This document shows, one piece after another, positions 1-12,754 of a DNA stretch of 64,000 nt. Source of the stretch: Hydrolagus colliei (taxonomy: Eukaryota); contig CM068771.1 of the NCBI GenBank assembly GCA_035084275.1, positions 4,836,001-4,900,000 on the forward strand, read 5' to 3'. A program made the translations under genes and the position numbers. Under the pieces are notes generated by a model that was not told the DNA's origin, did not search any database, and saw nothing but the letters and a program-made list of their open reading frames with translations. Position 1 is the first letter of the stretch; the number at the start of each line of letters is the position of its first letter.

Positions 1-451
1 CAAAGGGATTGCGGGATGGAATTCCAGAGCATGGGGGTTTCAGAGTGCTTAATATAGTGGAGTCTGATACCAAGTCTGGGAGAAGGAGAAGGTGTCTTCA
101 AGCACAGTTGAGGAAAGTCTTCAGTAGTGATCTTAAAGAGTGAAATGAAGGACAAGGTGGATCATGTCTTCTAGACATCTGAAAGCATGTCTGACTGTAT
201 ATTTTGAGGGTGAAACATGGCAACCAATGTGTGGATTGGGAGATCAAATTATTAATTTTATTTTAAGGGTTTATTAACTCCAGAAAGCAATTTGCCAATC
301 AACCAGTAACTGAATTTCTAGGTAAAGAGGTGTGTGGAGTAAGGAAACTTTGTATAAGATGTTGTCCTATCTGGGAATCGATCCCGGATTCTGTTGAAAG
401 GCGAGTGCCCTGACCACTGAGTTACAGGACTCCACGGCAACAAATTGAAGT

Positions 452-700
452 TTGACAATACAAGATATCAGATCAGGGCGGGGAGGAGTGGCCAATGGGT
501 CCATCGAAGAGGAGAGTCTTGAGGCGAGACTTGAAGGAGGCGAGGTGGAGGGACTTCAGGATGGAGTTCCAGAGGTTGGGGGCAGAGTGGCTGAAGGCTC
601 GCCCGCTAATGGTTGGGCAGGTGGGTTGGGGGACGTGGAGCAGCCCAGAGCCAGGTGAATGGAAGGGACGGGCTGGTTGGTAAGGGGATAGGAGGTTATG
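452..700 (-). mobile_element. L2 LINE 3' fragment
   Basis: GRAFSHSAPNLWNS..SFKSRLKTLLF is the L2 ORF2 C-terminus. Confidence 0.8.
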
Positions 701-804
701 GATGATTGTCAGAACATGATTGTCAGTCACTACTGCAAGTAATGTTTTTTTTTGACAAAATGTCTTGTTATATCATTAATCTTAAAAATATAATGATTAC
801 TTAC

Positions 805-912
805 CAACCTTTCCAAAAAAGAGAAGGAATATTCCTAAAGCAGAAATATAGACTATCACTGCAACTGCATTGTGTATTGTTACCTCGGTGTTTTGAGTAT
901 CGCAATCCAAAA
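805..912 (-). CDS. Gene 1 TM5 exon (108 nt): (I)LDCDTQNTEVTIHNAVAVIVYISALGIFLLFFGKV
   Basis: cccacag|TT...GTTG|gtaagt; open; same size and C..YxSxxG motif as paralog exons 37370-37477 and 58607-58714. Confidence 0.85.
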
Positions 913-962
913 CTGTGGGCAGAATTTAGATAGGTTGGATTACAATCCGAAGAAATATACTA

Positions 963-1376
963 CAGTAAAAGCTTGTTTGTCTGGCACCCAACCAATCAGA
1001 ACACTCAACCAACTGGTATCTCCCAATACAATTCATCATTCCAACAACTGAATCTCATACTGGAGCCATCTGGGACACTCACGAGTATGCTCACTTTGCG
1101 CATGCGTATAAAGCGTGCGCATGCGCACTTATTAAACTTAATGAATGCTGCAATTTTTATTTTACCAATCATTTTACTGAGTGCACTGGAATGCTTTATT
1201 GGTAAGTATCCATACAATATTCTGTTATTATTTAGTCTATTATTAATATGGTTTGTTTTAAAATAAGTAAAGTTTTTTTGTAGGATTTTCAGCAACTCGC
1301 CACTCAAATATCCGGCATATTTAATTAACCAGCACTGGTCAGGTCCCGAGGGTGCCGGATAAATGAGCTTTTACTG
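963..1376. mobile_element. Tc1/mariner Tigger-like MITE
   Basis: TA|CAGTAAAAGCTTGTTTGTCTGGCACCC ... GGGTGCCGGATAAATGAGCTTTTACTG. Confidence 0.8.
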
Positions 1377-1788
1377 TTTTCCCAACAGAAATTGTATATT
1401 TGTATCAACAGGCAGACACAACATGCTGCAATATGTATAATGTATTTTAATATAGTAAAATCGATTTTCAACACTTTGAGTAAGTATATCATAGCATATA
1501 CACAATGCATTGCTTTAGCGCTAAAATCTGTTTTTTAAAAATGTTTCAAGAGATGAGATAAAAGTGCCACTTTACGTTAGTTCCCACCAATGACAATTTG
1601 TTAGAAAATTCCCTGACAATCGCACAACTCGAGAGCATCGCTAGTGCACTTATCTCCACCGAACTTACAAGGTCAAATCTTTGTTCTCATCAAACCAAAC
1701 ACCGCACCTGCGCTCCCAACATGACACCAAAACACTTTGACTTTCAATCTGTTGTTTTGTTGTTTGTGACCTTCTATGGAATACTCAC

Positions 1789-1869
1789 TGCTTTGATGTA
1801 GTTTGTGAATGGGAACACCTGCGAGTATACAAGAACACACTCCATGCACAAGAAAAATATTACGCTGAT
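1789..1869 (-). CDS. Gene 1 TM4 exon (81 nt): (Y)QRNIFLVHGVCSCILAGVPIHKLHQS
   Basis: ttaacag|AT...AGCA|gtgagt; 81 nt as in both paralogs. Confidence 0.8.
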
Positions 1870-1920
1870 CTGTTAAGTAAAGTTTGAATAAATAATAATG
1901 ACATTTATGAAATTACGGTA

Positions 1921-2530
1921 CAGTAAAAGCCCATTTATCCTTGACCTGATCAACCATAACTTCCGTATAACTGGCACCTCAAAAAAAAGGTCCCCATTCG
2001 AATAACCGGATCTTATGGGCACAATCGCAGTGGTGCATTTAATGAGTCGATTGTCGCACGAGAGTACAGTACAATTAGTTGTGAATGCTGCCGGTAGTGG
2101 CACTTCCAGTTTTTCTTCTTAAGAGGGTCACTGTCGATTTTTTCCCTCCCTCTCTCCTTTTTCTCTCTCCCTCTTTTTCTTTCTCTCTCCCTCTCCTTCC
2201 TTCCTCTCTACCTCTCTCTTTCTATCTCTTTTTCCCCCCTCCCTCCCTCCTTCCCTCCCTCAGGGTGGAAAAAAATCCCCCGTCCGCCATTGTAGAAGTT
2301 TGCTTTCTGATTGTGTGCTGTGTTTATAGACTGTAATCGATATTTATCGCCTTATTGGTAAGTATCCATACAATATTGTTGTTATTTAGTCTATGATTAA
2401 TATGGTATGTTAAAAATAAGTTGATTTTTTTTGTGTTGGGTTTTCGGCAAATGGCTGCCCAAATATCCGGCATGCCATTGAACTGGCACTAGCCAGGTCC
2501 CAAGGGTGCCAGATAAACAGGTTTTTGCTG
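1921..2530. mobile_element. Tigger-like MITE, same family
   Basis: CAGTAAAAG.. TIRs, TA on both sides; 2355-2520 resembles 1198-1370. Confidence 0.8.
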
Positions 2531-2582
2531 TACATGCTATATATGTTTTTAAAAATCTACCTCTTAACGAAAATGAACTTAC

Positions 2583-2708
2583 AAACGTGTAACAAAATTG
2601 ATGTCATATTCATTTCAGTACTGAGGAAAATGGAGATTGAGTAGCACATCATTCCAGAAACGATGATACATCCAACCGCTGAGGACAGTTTGTATTCCAC
2701 TCCCATAT
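2583..2708 (-). CDS. Gene 1 TM3 exon (126 nt): (D)MGVEYKLSSAVGCIIVSGMMCYSISIFLSTEMNMTSILLHV
   Basis: ttcctag|AT...GTTT|gtaagt; open, hydrophobic, similar to 42395-42529 and 60376-60504. Confidence 0.8.
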
Positions 2709-3003
2709 CTAGGAAAGAACAGTATAAAGATTATGGTGAAATGGGATGTGTGTAAAATTACAACAGCGTGACAGTGTAATACAATACTTCTTTTTTGGGT
2801 GGAGGGGGGGGGGGTCATTTGGGTACCTAATACACGTGGAGTAAGGACACTTGCCCAACTTGCAGAGTACTAAGAGTGGCCAGTCGGGGAATATCTAAGT
2901 ACTCGTGTGTATGGAATGGAATATGAGGGAGTGAGGTGGAGGGATTGAGAGAGGGAGTTCCAGAGTTTTGGGGGGTAGTGGCTGAAAGCAAAACAACAAC
3001 AAC

Positions 3004-3490
3004 TTGCATTCATACAGTGCTCTCCACTGGCTCCCCATCCTCCAGAGGATCGAATTTAAGATCCTCGTCCTCACCTACAAGGCCTTACACGGCCTTGCCC
3101 CATCCTACCTAGCCGATCTACTCTCCCACGACACGCCCACCTGGACCCTCCGTTCAACAGGACTTGGCCTGCTCCAAGCCCCCCGCCCGAACCGCCCCAC
3201 CATCGGAGGCCGGGCCTTCAGTTTCTCCGCTCCCACCTTATGGAATGCCATCCCTCAATCCCTCCGTTTCGTCTCTTCCCTTTCCTCTTTCAAGGCCGAT
3301 TTGAAGACTTTCCTCTTCGATCGTGCCTTTTGTTCCACCCCGAACTCTTTTACCTCCCCTTCGTGTTTCACCCCTTCCCAAACACTCCCCTCCCAGCTCG
3401 GGTCACACGCCTCTTGTTTAGCGCCTTGGGACGTCCTCCCGACGTGAAAGGCGCTATATAAATGTAAATTGTTGTTGTTGTTGTTGTTGC
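3004..3490 (+). mobile_element. L2 LINE 3' fragment
   Basis: LHWLPILQRIEFKILVLTYKALHGLAP..GGRAFSFSAP; (TTG)n tail. Confidence 0.88.
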
Positions 3491-3889
3491 TCTTCACACA
3501 AGGCAGCCTCTCAGAACGCTTCACAGCGGTATTCAGTCGTGATCTAAAAGAGGGGAAGGAGGGGGCAAGGTGGAACCATTGGGGGAATGAGTTCCAAAGC
3601 AATTGGGAGGGACAGAGATCCAAACCCAAATAAATATTTCAGCCATACAAATTCAGTACACAGTATGTAATTAATCGAGTACGCATATTCCTACCTACCA
3701 GAAAATATTGATGCTCTATAAAGATGATTTACACTACTCATAATCTTATCAGTGATATCACTTATCAGTGATTTTCAACTCTGATAACTGCACATTAATC
3801 CTAAATTCAAGTTTGTCTTTTAAAAAAGAAATGTTTAGTCTTAGGATGTGGGCAATATAGTGTCCCTCAAACCGCGATGAAGTGGGTAA

Positions 3890-4582
3890 GTGCTCTCACC
3901 TCCTCCATCTTCCCGGTCTGCCCCTAAAACTCTCCAAACCTGTGCGCAACCTAGGCGTCAGGTTCAACCCCTTCCTCCCTCACATCCGGTTTCTCACCAT
4001 CATCGCCTTCTTCTACCTGTGACGGATCGCCCATCTCGGAAGCCCTGGTCACCTCTCGGCTGTCCTCGCTGGTCTCCCCTCCACCACAATCCACAGAGTC
4101 CAGCTGATTGAGAACTCTGCCGCCCGCATTCTCACCCACACCAAACTTCACTCCCCCGTTACCCCAGCCTTTGCCAGACTTTACTGGTTCCCTATCCCAG
4201 AGAGGATCAAATTCAAGATCCTCACCCTTGTCTTCAAATGTCTCCACTCCTCTGCACCCCGCTACCTCTCTGACTTCCTCTCTCCTCAAACCAGCACCTG
4301 TTGCCTTCACTCCACTGGGTCTGGCCTCCACCATGTCCCCCGAATCCTCTGCTTCACCCTCGGTGGCCGGGCCTTCAGCCTCTATGCCCCGAGGCTTTGG
4401 AATTCCCTTCCTCACTACCTTCGCCTCGCCCCCTCTTTTCTCAGCTTCCGGTCCCAGCTGAAGACCTTTTTCTTTGACTGTGTCTTTGGTCACCTTTCTA
4501 CCCCTGCCCCTGGCTCAGTACTGGGATCCGCTATTGTGAAGCGCTCTGACACGCCGTCTGGCGTGGAGGGTGCTATATAAAT
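3890..4582 (+). mobile_element. L2 LINE 3' fragment (decayed)
   Basis: Same C-terminal motifs with frameshifts; GCTATATAAA tail. Confidence 0.82.
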
Positions 4583-4907
4583 TGAACGAGGGAAGAAAGG
4601 GAGGGAAAGAGGTAGGTACCAGAGCGGGGTGGGTTGTGAGGTAGGGGTCGTGGTATGGGGGAGTAGAAAAATTGACTGTACATTTGTGGGTGAAACTCGA
4701 CAGCCAAACTGCGTACAACAGTGTCCCACAAACAGTTGTGGAAATGGGGTTAGGGGAGAAAGGGGGAAAAAAGGGTAAAGGGATGGGTTGGGGTAGGGGG
4801 AAGGAGAGCAAAAAAAATGACTGTCTATTTATGGGCGAAATATAGGATTAAACAGGAACATGATTTCTCATCTGCTAAATGTGATAGAAATGTGTGTGGT
4901 AACTTAC

Positions 4908-5009
4908 CTTCGTGTATCATGCAGAAAACAGATGAAATTAAGAGAGTGATGAAAGCAAGTATTTGGAGTCCCATAAAAACTCCAGTGAGCTGCATGTGGA
5001 TTTTGGAAT
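4908..5009 (-). CDS. Gene 1 TM2 exon (102 nt): (D)SKIHMQLTGVFMGLQILAFITLLISSVFCMIHE
   Basis: tttgtag|AT...GAAG|gtaagt; 102 nt in all three paralogs. Confidence 0.85.
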
Positions 5010-5384
5010 CTACAAATACAAAAATGACATAGTAATTAGCTTTGCCTCATTCATACTTTCCTCAAGTCCAATAACAATTTAAAACACATTATATTTGAAT
5101 GGCAACTTCAAATAGTAGTCTGAGGCACTTCCCAAAGTGCTAGAAGGTTTTAAACCGAGCTGGAGTTGGGATCAGGAAGGGTGGAGGGCAGGAGAGGTTG
5201 GGGTAGAGAGGTGGGGGGACTGAAGGTGCAGTCAACTAAGTTGGGTTTTAAGATTAGCCTTGAAGGAGACAGTGGGTGGGGGGATGGGTTGGTTTGCTAA
5301 ATGAAGGGACTGTGTGATGGAGTTTCAAAGTGTGGGAACAGAAAGCCTCAAGACCTGACAATTGATGGTAGTGACGGTCAGGTT

Positions 5385-5640
5385 TATAATAATCATACTT
5401 GCAATTGATTAGTGCTTTTCATGTCTTCTAGTCATCTCAAACCGCTTCACAGAATATACTGTAAATTGATTGTACATATGTGGGTGAAACGTGGCAGCCA
5501 ATTGTGAAGCAGTGTCCAACAAACAGTCACGGATTGAAATGACCAATTTTGTTTTGAGGTATTATTAGGCATGTGGAATAAGGAAACTTGTAAGGCCAAT
5601 TTGTCAGGTGAGTGCTCTAACCACTGAGCTACAAGGCTAC
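5385..5640 (-). mobile_element. SINE copy
   Basis: Same head, core and tail. Confidence 0.75.
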
Positions 5641-5876
5641 ACTCTCTATGGAGCTAGCGGATCATAGAAGTAGGGAGGAGCAAGGCCATTGGAGGGCTTT
5701 GAAGGTGAGGACAAGGATTTTGAACACTATCCACTGGGAGATGGAGAGTCAGTGAAGCCATATAGGATGAGTGATAAGGTCACAAAATCAATCCAGGCTT
5801 AACTATACTAACAGCTTGTTTACCAGATTGCCCAGCTCTTCCATACACAAACTATAATAACAACAAAATTACATTT

Positions 5877-6190
5877 ATCATAGAATCATAGAATCATAGA
5901 ATTTTACGGCACAAAAGGAGGCCATTCGGCCCATCTAGTCTGTGCCGGCTCTTTGAAAAGAGCGATTCAATCCCATTGCCCTGCCCGCTCCCCATAGCCT
6001 AATAGACCCGTTCTCCCTAAATAAAGATCTAATTCCCTTTTAAAAGTTGTTATCGAATCAGCCTCCATCACCTTTTCAGGCAATGCATTCCAGATTCGAA
6101 CAACTCGCTGAGTGAAAAAATTTCTCCTCAGCTCCCCTCTACTGCGCCTTGAAACTATTTTAAATCTGTGACCACGAGTCACAGATTCGA
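5877..6190 (-). mobile_element. CR1 3' fragment
   Basis: (CATAGAAT)n tail and ORF2 C-terminus RGHRFKI..GERAGQWD. Confidence 0.9.
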
Positions 6191-6983
6191 GCGCATTTTA
6201 TAGAGCGCATTTCACGTTGGGAGGACTACAGACTCTTCAGAAATCTTCAGCGCATTTACTCACCCATACCAATCTCCATGGGCCTATCACCCACCCCACC
6301 CTGGTTCCACACAGAAATATAAGAAGAGGAGGCAGGCCATTCATACCTGGGGATTGAACCTGACATCTTAGTTGCACATAGCTTTGGAGGGTTTTTAGGA
6401 CAAATTGGGTAGGTTGAGGAGGTCAGAACCATGGGATAGAAGATATTGATGGGAGCCAAAGGGTATGGCTTCCTTCTGATTGACATCTAATTTCAGGAAA
6501 TTTGTTCTCATCCAGCTCTTGATATTCGACAGATAGCTGACAGAACATCAGAGGACAGTTGGTCGCAATTGGAGGTGGAAAAGTAGATTGTGTGTCATCC
6601 TTATACATGTGACCCCATGACTGTAGATGACATCACTGAGACAGCATAGATGGATATACTGGATATATTGAATATATAGATATTTTGGCCATGGAGTAGG
6701 AAGAGCACAGATTCAGCAAATTATGAGGACTGGTCACATAAACTTGGTTCTTTTCCTATTTTCCTCCAATGTCTGGAACTTTATTCCAAAGTCTCTCCAA
6801 TTCCCTCCATCCCCATGTTCAGAGCTGCACTGAAAACTTACCTCACTGACCGCACTTTTGGTAATCTTTCCTTTCCCATCCTAGTCAGGTCCCACCTACC
6901 AAACTCGGGTGCCCAGCATGCAATGTGAAGTGTTTTCAGATGTCCTCCAGATGTGAAAGCAGTTATGTAAATGTAAATAAATG

Positions 6984-7280
6984 TGACTCATGACTAAAAT
7001 AGTTTCAAAACGAAGCAGAGGGGAGCTGAGAAGAATTTTTTTCACTCAGCAGGTTTTTCGAATCTGGAATGCATTGCCTGAAAAGGTGGTGGAGGCCGAT
7101 TGGAGGCCGATTGGATAACAGCTTTTAAAAGATAAATAGACCTTTATTTAGGGAGAACAAGTCTGTTAGGTTATGGGGAAAGAGTGGGGCAGTGAGATTG
7201 AGTTGCTCTTTTCAAAGAGCCGGCACATAGATGGGCTGAATGGCCTCCTTTTGTGCCGTAAAATTCTACGATTCTATGAT
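6984..7280 (+). mobile_element. CR1 3' fragment (older)
   Basis: Diverged copy of the same 3' end with ATTCTACGATTCTATGAT tail. Confidence 0.85.
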
Positions 7281-7331
7281 ATAAATCTATGCTGAATTTA
7301 AATATTTAAAATTGTCCATTAATTTGTAATA

Positions 7332-7581
7332 CAGGTATCCCCCGATTTATGACATTTCTATTTAAGCTGTTTCAATTTAACTCACATCATTTTTTAACAC
7401 CGTTTTATCGATATATGACATTTCGTTTCATTTTAACTACATAAAAATTTGGCGCCTCTTTTTTGCGCATGCGCAGTATATAATGTATAGATGGGTTTTG
7501 TAATGGGACCGCATGGGAAATCATGTTTTGATTTACATTACATTTTTCAGCAACACAACCTCATAAATCAAGGCATATCTG
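7332..7581. mobile_element. Tigger-like MITE
   Basis: TA|CAGGTATCCCCCGATTTATGA ... TCATAAATCAAGGCATATCTG|TA. Confidence 0.7.
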
Positions 7582-7620
7582 TAAATGTATTCCCACCAAA
7601 AATATGACATTTAATATTAC

Positions 7621-7737
7621 CATTATATTTCTTCATGCCAAGAAAGATTATGTGTATTGTCACACACAGAGTCATTACATTACTAACGAGCGCTATGATT
7701 GCTGCGGTTAGAAAATGTTGATAAAGCAGCACAACAC
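7621..7737 (-). CDS. Gene 1 TM1 exon (117 nt): (S)VVLLYQHFLTAAIIALVSNVMTLCVTIHIIFLGMKKYN
   Basis: atttcag|GT...AATG|gtaata; 117 nt in all three paralogs; lies within ORF 7568..7753. Confidence 0.87.
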
Positions 7738-9149
7738 CTGAAATAGGAAACAAATACAGTTACTCTCTGTACATGGCAAACTGATGTGAAAATGAGTTCA
7801 CACAGAATTGTAAAGTACTGTAATAATATGAAAAATTATAATCTTTGCATTTGATGTAGCACCTTGCCATGTCATCAAAATTCTCAAAGCGCTGCACAGA
7901 ATATGTTGTAAAGTGAATTGACTGTATTTTGTGTGCAAACTACAACAAGAACAACAACTTGGATTGATATTGTGCTCATCAAGTGAGGTACCTTCCTGAA
8001 GTGCTTTGGTGTTGAAGTGCTTTGAGATGCTGTCCGGTGTGGAGGGCGCTATATAAATCCAAGTTGTTGTTATTCCTCTTCTATCACGGTGTTCAATTAT
8101 GCACAGCAGTGTCCCACAAAGTTGTGGATTGAATGACCAATTTACTATTTTTTAAAAAAAGGATTATTACCCCATGGAAAGTGATCCGCCAACGACTACC
8201 AACCAATGTTTCATTTGAAACTGCTTGATGTACTTCTACTTTTGAAAACATTTAGTTTTATAAAAACTAAAAATAATTCCCTACATAAGCCACCAGTAAT
8301 AGGACCAATGTTTTGCATGCTGGAGTGATTAGTGTAATTGAAAAAGGATTTGAATGGTTTCAACGAGGGGAGCGAGATCAAAATGGGGAATAGTATTTTG
8401 TGGTGCCTCTGTGTGGTGATGCATTGGGATTAATATACACATACAAAAACAACAATAAATATACACTGTGTAAATGGCCTGAATCCAGAGACCCAGGTTA
8501 AGGTAAAATTTGCAAATGGCAAAACAACCAGATGGAAGATCCACTTTACAGTATATTTCATGAAGCACTTCGAGAAGTTTTGACAAAAGGTACTATGTCT
8601 GTGATACTGTTTTCAAGATTTTTTGATTAATTATTATATACTTTTAGAATGTAACCAATCTATAATGCTTCATGTACGGCCAACTAATCTTGAAATGCAT
8701 GGTAAGGCATGATATGACTAGTTTAGCTGAGAAGGTTGTAAGCCAAAGGTAAAGATATATTTGTTTTACCCAGTTGATATCAGTTTCTGATGATATTGTC
8801 TTCAGACTGGAGGATAATGTAATAATTATACATTAATAATAATCCTTGCATTTGCTATATCACTTTATCATGTTTTAAGACATCTCAAAGTGCCTCAAAA
8901 GGTAAACAATAAAGTAAATTGGCTGTATATTTTGTGGGTGAAAATGGCAGCTAATTACGCACAGTTGTATCCCACCAACAATTGTGCATTGAATAACTAT
9001 TACACAACCAATCTAGTTACAGCACTATATCAAATGCATTGATCATTATTATATAGAGCCTCATTCGATAGGAATTGGGTACTATAGGAATTAAAATACA
9101 GTTTCTGGCCACCAGACCATAGTACATACTACATAGCCAAAATTCATAG

Positions 9150-11106
9150 TCAAAATTCAGAAGGGAACCAAGCAGAATATAGGAAGTGTAGGATAGAACT
9201 AAAAAAGGAAGTTAGAGGGGCAAAGAGACTGCATGAAAAACAATTAGCGAGTAAGATTAAGGGGAACCCTAAGGTTTTTTACCAACATATTAAGAGTAAA
9301 AGGTTGGTCAAGGAGAGGGTGGGGCCAATTAGGGACCTAGGAGGAAATCTCATTGTGGAGGCAGAGGGCATGGCTGATGTACTGAATGAGTACTTCGCCT
9401 CTGTCTTCACAAAAGAAAATGATACAGACAATGCCATGGTATTAGAGGAGAGGGTAGGAGAAATGGATAGAATAATTATAACCAGAGAGGAAGTGCTAAA
9501 AAGGTTGACGTCGCTCAAGGTGGATAAGTCACCTGGTCCGGATGGGATGCACCCTAGGTTACTAAGTGAGGCACGGGAGCAAATAGCAGGGACTCTGGCC
9601 ACGATCTTTCAATCTTCCTTGGACACAGGGGTCGTGCCAGAGGACTGGAGGATAGCTAATGTTTCTCCCTTGTATAAAAAGGGGCAGAAGGACAAGCCTG
9701 GTAACTACAGACCAGTCAGTCTAACGTCGGTAGTGGGCAAACTTCTAGAGTCCATAATCAGGGACAAGGTAGATCTTCACTTAGAAAGATATAGGCTAAT
9801 AAAGGACAGTCAACATGGATTTGTTAAAGGCAAATCTTGCCTTACAAATCTGATAGAATTTTTTGATGAGGTAACGGAATGGGTGGATAATGGTAGCGCA
9901 GTTGATGTAGTTTACATGGACTTTCAAAAGGCATTTGACAAAGTGCCACATGAGAGACTTATTATGAAATTAAAGGCCCATGGCGTAAAAGGGACAGTGG
10001 CAGCGTGGATCCACAACTGGCTGCGAGACAGAAAGCAGAGAGTTGTAGTGAGCGGCTGTTTTTCAGATTGGAGGGAAGTGAGCAGTGGTGTGCCACAGGG
10101 ATCGGTTTTGGGACCATTGCTGTTTGTAATCTACATCAATGATCTGGACTTGGGTGTACGGAGTACAGTTTCCAAGTTTGCAGATGACACTAAGTTAGGG
10201 AGAATAGTAAACAGTGAGGAGGATAGTAGCCATCTGCAAGAGGATATAGACAAATTGGTAAAGTGGGCAGACACATGGCAGATGAAGTTTAATGCAGAGA
10301 AGTGTGAGGTGATGCATTTTGGGAGAAGAAATGAAGGGAGGCAATATAGGCTAGATAGTACAATTTTAAATGGTGTGAAGGAACAGAGAGACCTGGGGAT
10401 TTGTGTTAGTGACTCGTTGAAGGTGGCAGGACAGGTAGACAAGGCTGTTAAGAAGGCATATGGGATACTAGGCTTTATAAATAGGGGTATAGAGTACAAA
10501 AGTCAGGAAGTGCTGACTAACCTCTATAGGACTTTGGTGAGGCCTCAGCTGGAATACTGTGTTCAATTCTGGTCACCACACTACAGAAAGGATGTGAAGG
10601 CATTGGAAAGGGTACAACGAAGATTTACTAGAATGGTGCCAGGATTGAGGGACTTCAGCTATGAGGAGAGGCTAGATAGGCTAGGGTTATTCTCTCTGGA
10701 GCAGAGAAGATTGAGGGGAGACCTAATAGAGGTTTATAAGATCATGAGGGGTTTCGACAGGGCAAATAGAGAAAAACTATTTCCACTCGTGGGTGAATCT
10801 GTGACTCGTGGTCACAGATTTAAAATAGTTTCAAGGCGCAGTAGAGGGGAGCTGAGGAGAAATTTTTTCACTCAGCGAGTTGTTCGAATCTGGAATGCAT
10901 TGCCTGAAAAGGTGGTGGAGGCTGATTCGATAACAACTTTTAAAAGGGAATTAGATCTTTATTTAGGGAGAACGGGTCTATTAGGCTATGGGGAGCGGGC
11001 AGGGCAATGGGATTGAATCGCTCTTTTCAAAGAGCCGGCACAGACTAGATGGGCCGAATGGCCTCCTTTTGTGCCGTAAAATTCTATGATTCTATGATTC
11101 TATGAT
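9150..11106 (+). mobile_element. CR1 LINE, 5'-truncated, young
   Basis: Open ORF2 RT region, 3' UTR and (ATTCTATG)3 tail. Confidence 0.95.
9304..11016 (+). CDS. CR1 ORF2 reverse transcriptase region (no endonuclease; 5'-truncated)
   Basis: KSPGPDG, YRPVSLTS, QHGF, DFQKAFDKV, GVPQGSVLGP, FADD. Confidence 0.9.
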   Translation: MVKERVGPIRDLGGNLIVEAEGMADVLNEYFASVFTKENDTDNAMVLEERVGEMDRIIITREEVLKRLTSLKVDKSPGPDGMHPRLLSEAREQIAGTLATIFQSSLDTGVVPEDWRIANVSPLYKKGQKDKPGNYRPVSLTSVVGKLLESIIRDKVDLHLERYRLIKDSQHGFVKGKSCLTNLIEFFDEVTEWVDNGSAVDVVYMDFQKAFDKVPHERLIMKLKAHGVKGTVAAWIHNWLRDRKQRVVVSGCFSDWREVSSGVPQGSVLGPLLFVIYINDLDLGVRSTVSKFADDTKLGRIVNSEEDSSHLQEDIDKLVKWADTWQMKFNAEKCEVMHFGRRNEGRQYRLDSTILNGVKEQRDLGICVSDSLKVAGQVDKAVKKAYGILGFINRGIEYKSQEVLTNLYRTLVRPQLEYCVQFWSPHYRKDVKALERVQRRFTRMVPGLRDFSYEERLDRLGLFSLEQRRLRGDLIEVYKIMRGFDRANREKLFPLVGESVTRGHRFKIVSRRSRGELRRNFFTQRVVRIWNALPEKVVEADSITTFKRELDLYLGRTGLLGYGERAGQWD

Positions 11107-11489
11107 AGCTAACAAGAGGACCTGCATTTGATTCCAAGCAGGGCAAAATGTTAAGCAATTTTCCTTACTCCACACATCACTGTTCTCCTAACTGTACATA
11201 GGAACCTAGCTGTTTGTTAACTGGTTGATCACTTTCCAGCAATAATCCCTTCAAAATCAATCATCTTAATAATAATAATTTGGTCACTCAATCCATGATT
11301 TTTTGCGGGACTCTAATGTGCATAATTGGCTGCTGTGCTTCGCCACCAAAATAACAACAACAAAATTGCACTTGTTTCACAATATACTCTGTGAATTGCA
11401 TTGAGGTGTCTTGATGACATGATAAGGCACCATAATCAAATGCAAGGATTATTATTACTATTATAAAATGAAATATTTACAGAACCTAC

Positions 11490-11744
11490 TGTTGACAACA
11501 AGGAAGTGTGAATAGTTGCTCTGGCTGATGGAATTTTTAATGTTGCACGTGTACCACCCGCAGTCTGAGAGTCTTGCATCTTCAATTAAATATTTGCTAT
11601 TGTGTTTTTCTTCAGCTGTAAGTAGTTTCCCTTTGTGTGTCCACCAAACAGCATCAGGCATTCCACTTTTGACAACACAGCTCATCTCAACAACTTTAAC
11701 TACATAGATGGGATCTTGAACTATCAGTGGCCTTGATAATGTTT
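11490..11744 (-). CDS. Gene 1 Ig C2-type exon (255 nt)
   Basis: tcaatag|AA...AACA|gtaggt; encodes ETLSRPLIVQDP..MSCVV..WWT..SDCGWYTCNIKN..LVVN, with C-W-YxC Ig motifs. Confidence 0.92.
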
Positions 11745-11999
11745 CTATTGAAATAAGTATTGAGAGTTTACTGTGCGGTGCTAATTTAAATGATTGACAA
11801 CAACCAATTATACTTATATCAGGAGGATGTAACTGTCAATATCTGTCGGATATCCTCCCTTTCACTTTGGGAGGACGTCCGACAGATGTTAACAGTTTGG
11901 ACCCGAGCAGGGAGTTGGGTTGAGGAGGGCAGGGAGGTGGGTGTAGGAAGATCACTTATGGTGAACCAAACTCCATCTCACCAATTCTGGTCTGGCTCA

Positions 12000-12390
12000 A
12001 CTAGCACCCCATCACTGAATTGATTGACTTAAAGATCAACATACTTGTATTCAAATCACTTCACTTTCTGGCACCTCCCTACCTTTCCGATCTCCTCAAT
12101 GTCCAATCCACCACCTGATGCTCCCACTTGACTGGAACCTGGTTTCATCTTGTTTCTTGCGCCCAAAACTCCACCATTGGAGCTTGCACTTTCAGCCACT
12201 TTGCTCTGAAACTCTGCAACACTCTCCGTCAATCCCCCCATCTTGTCCCACTCTCCCCTTTTTCTTGTTCCACCTGAAAACCTTACTTTTTGACCAAGCT
12301 TAAGGTCACCTCTCCCTCTGGCTTGGAGTCAGACTCTGCCATTGTTAGGCACTCTGAAATGCTTCTCTGTGTGGAGGGTGCTATATAAGA
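12000..12390 (+). mobile_element. L2 LINE 3' fragment (old)
   Basis: Diverged L2 3' end. Confidence 0.65.
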
Positions 12391-12754
12391 GAAAGTTATA
12401 ATTGTTAAAGCAACGTGCATTGTGACAGCTTTGAGGAAGGCAAAGGAGTTAGTAAGGCAAAGGGACTGTGGGATGGAATTAAGAAGGCATATGGCAGTTT
12501 CAGAAAATCAGGATGCCATTGCCTGCTGCAGGTTATTAGAATTCATAATAATTCTTCCAATCGATGTAGACTTTCACACCAGGAGGATAGAAATTTTCAC
12601 ACAGCAAAGTCCGTCAAAGGCATGAATTGAATGACCAACTTTTATTTAGTGAGTGGGATGCTGAGGGACTGTTGAAGAGGATACTGGGAGAAACTCTCTT
12701 CTCTTTTCAAATAATGACCATAAAAGTCCACCTGAACAGGCAAAGGAGAAAACA

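Noticed and set aside
10131-10499. Repeated 122-aa ORF (also 45281 and 52004) and ORF 9279-9602
   Set aside because: Antisense shadows of CR1 ORF2.
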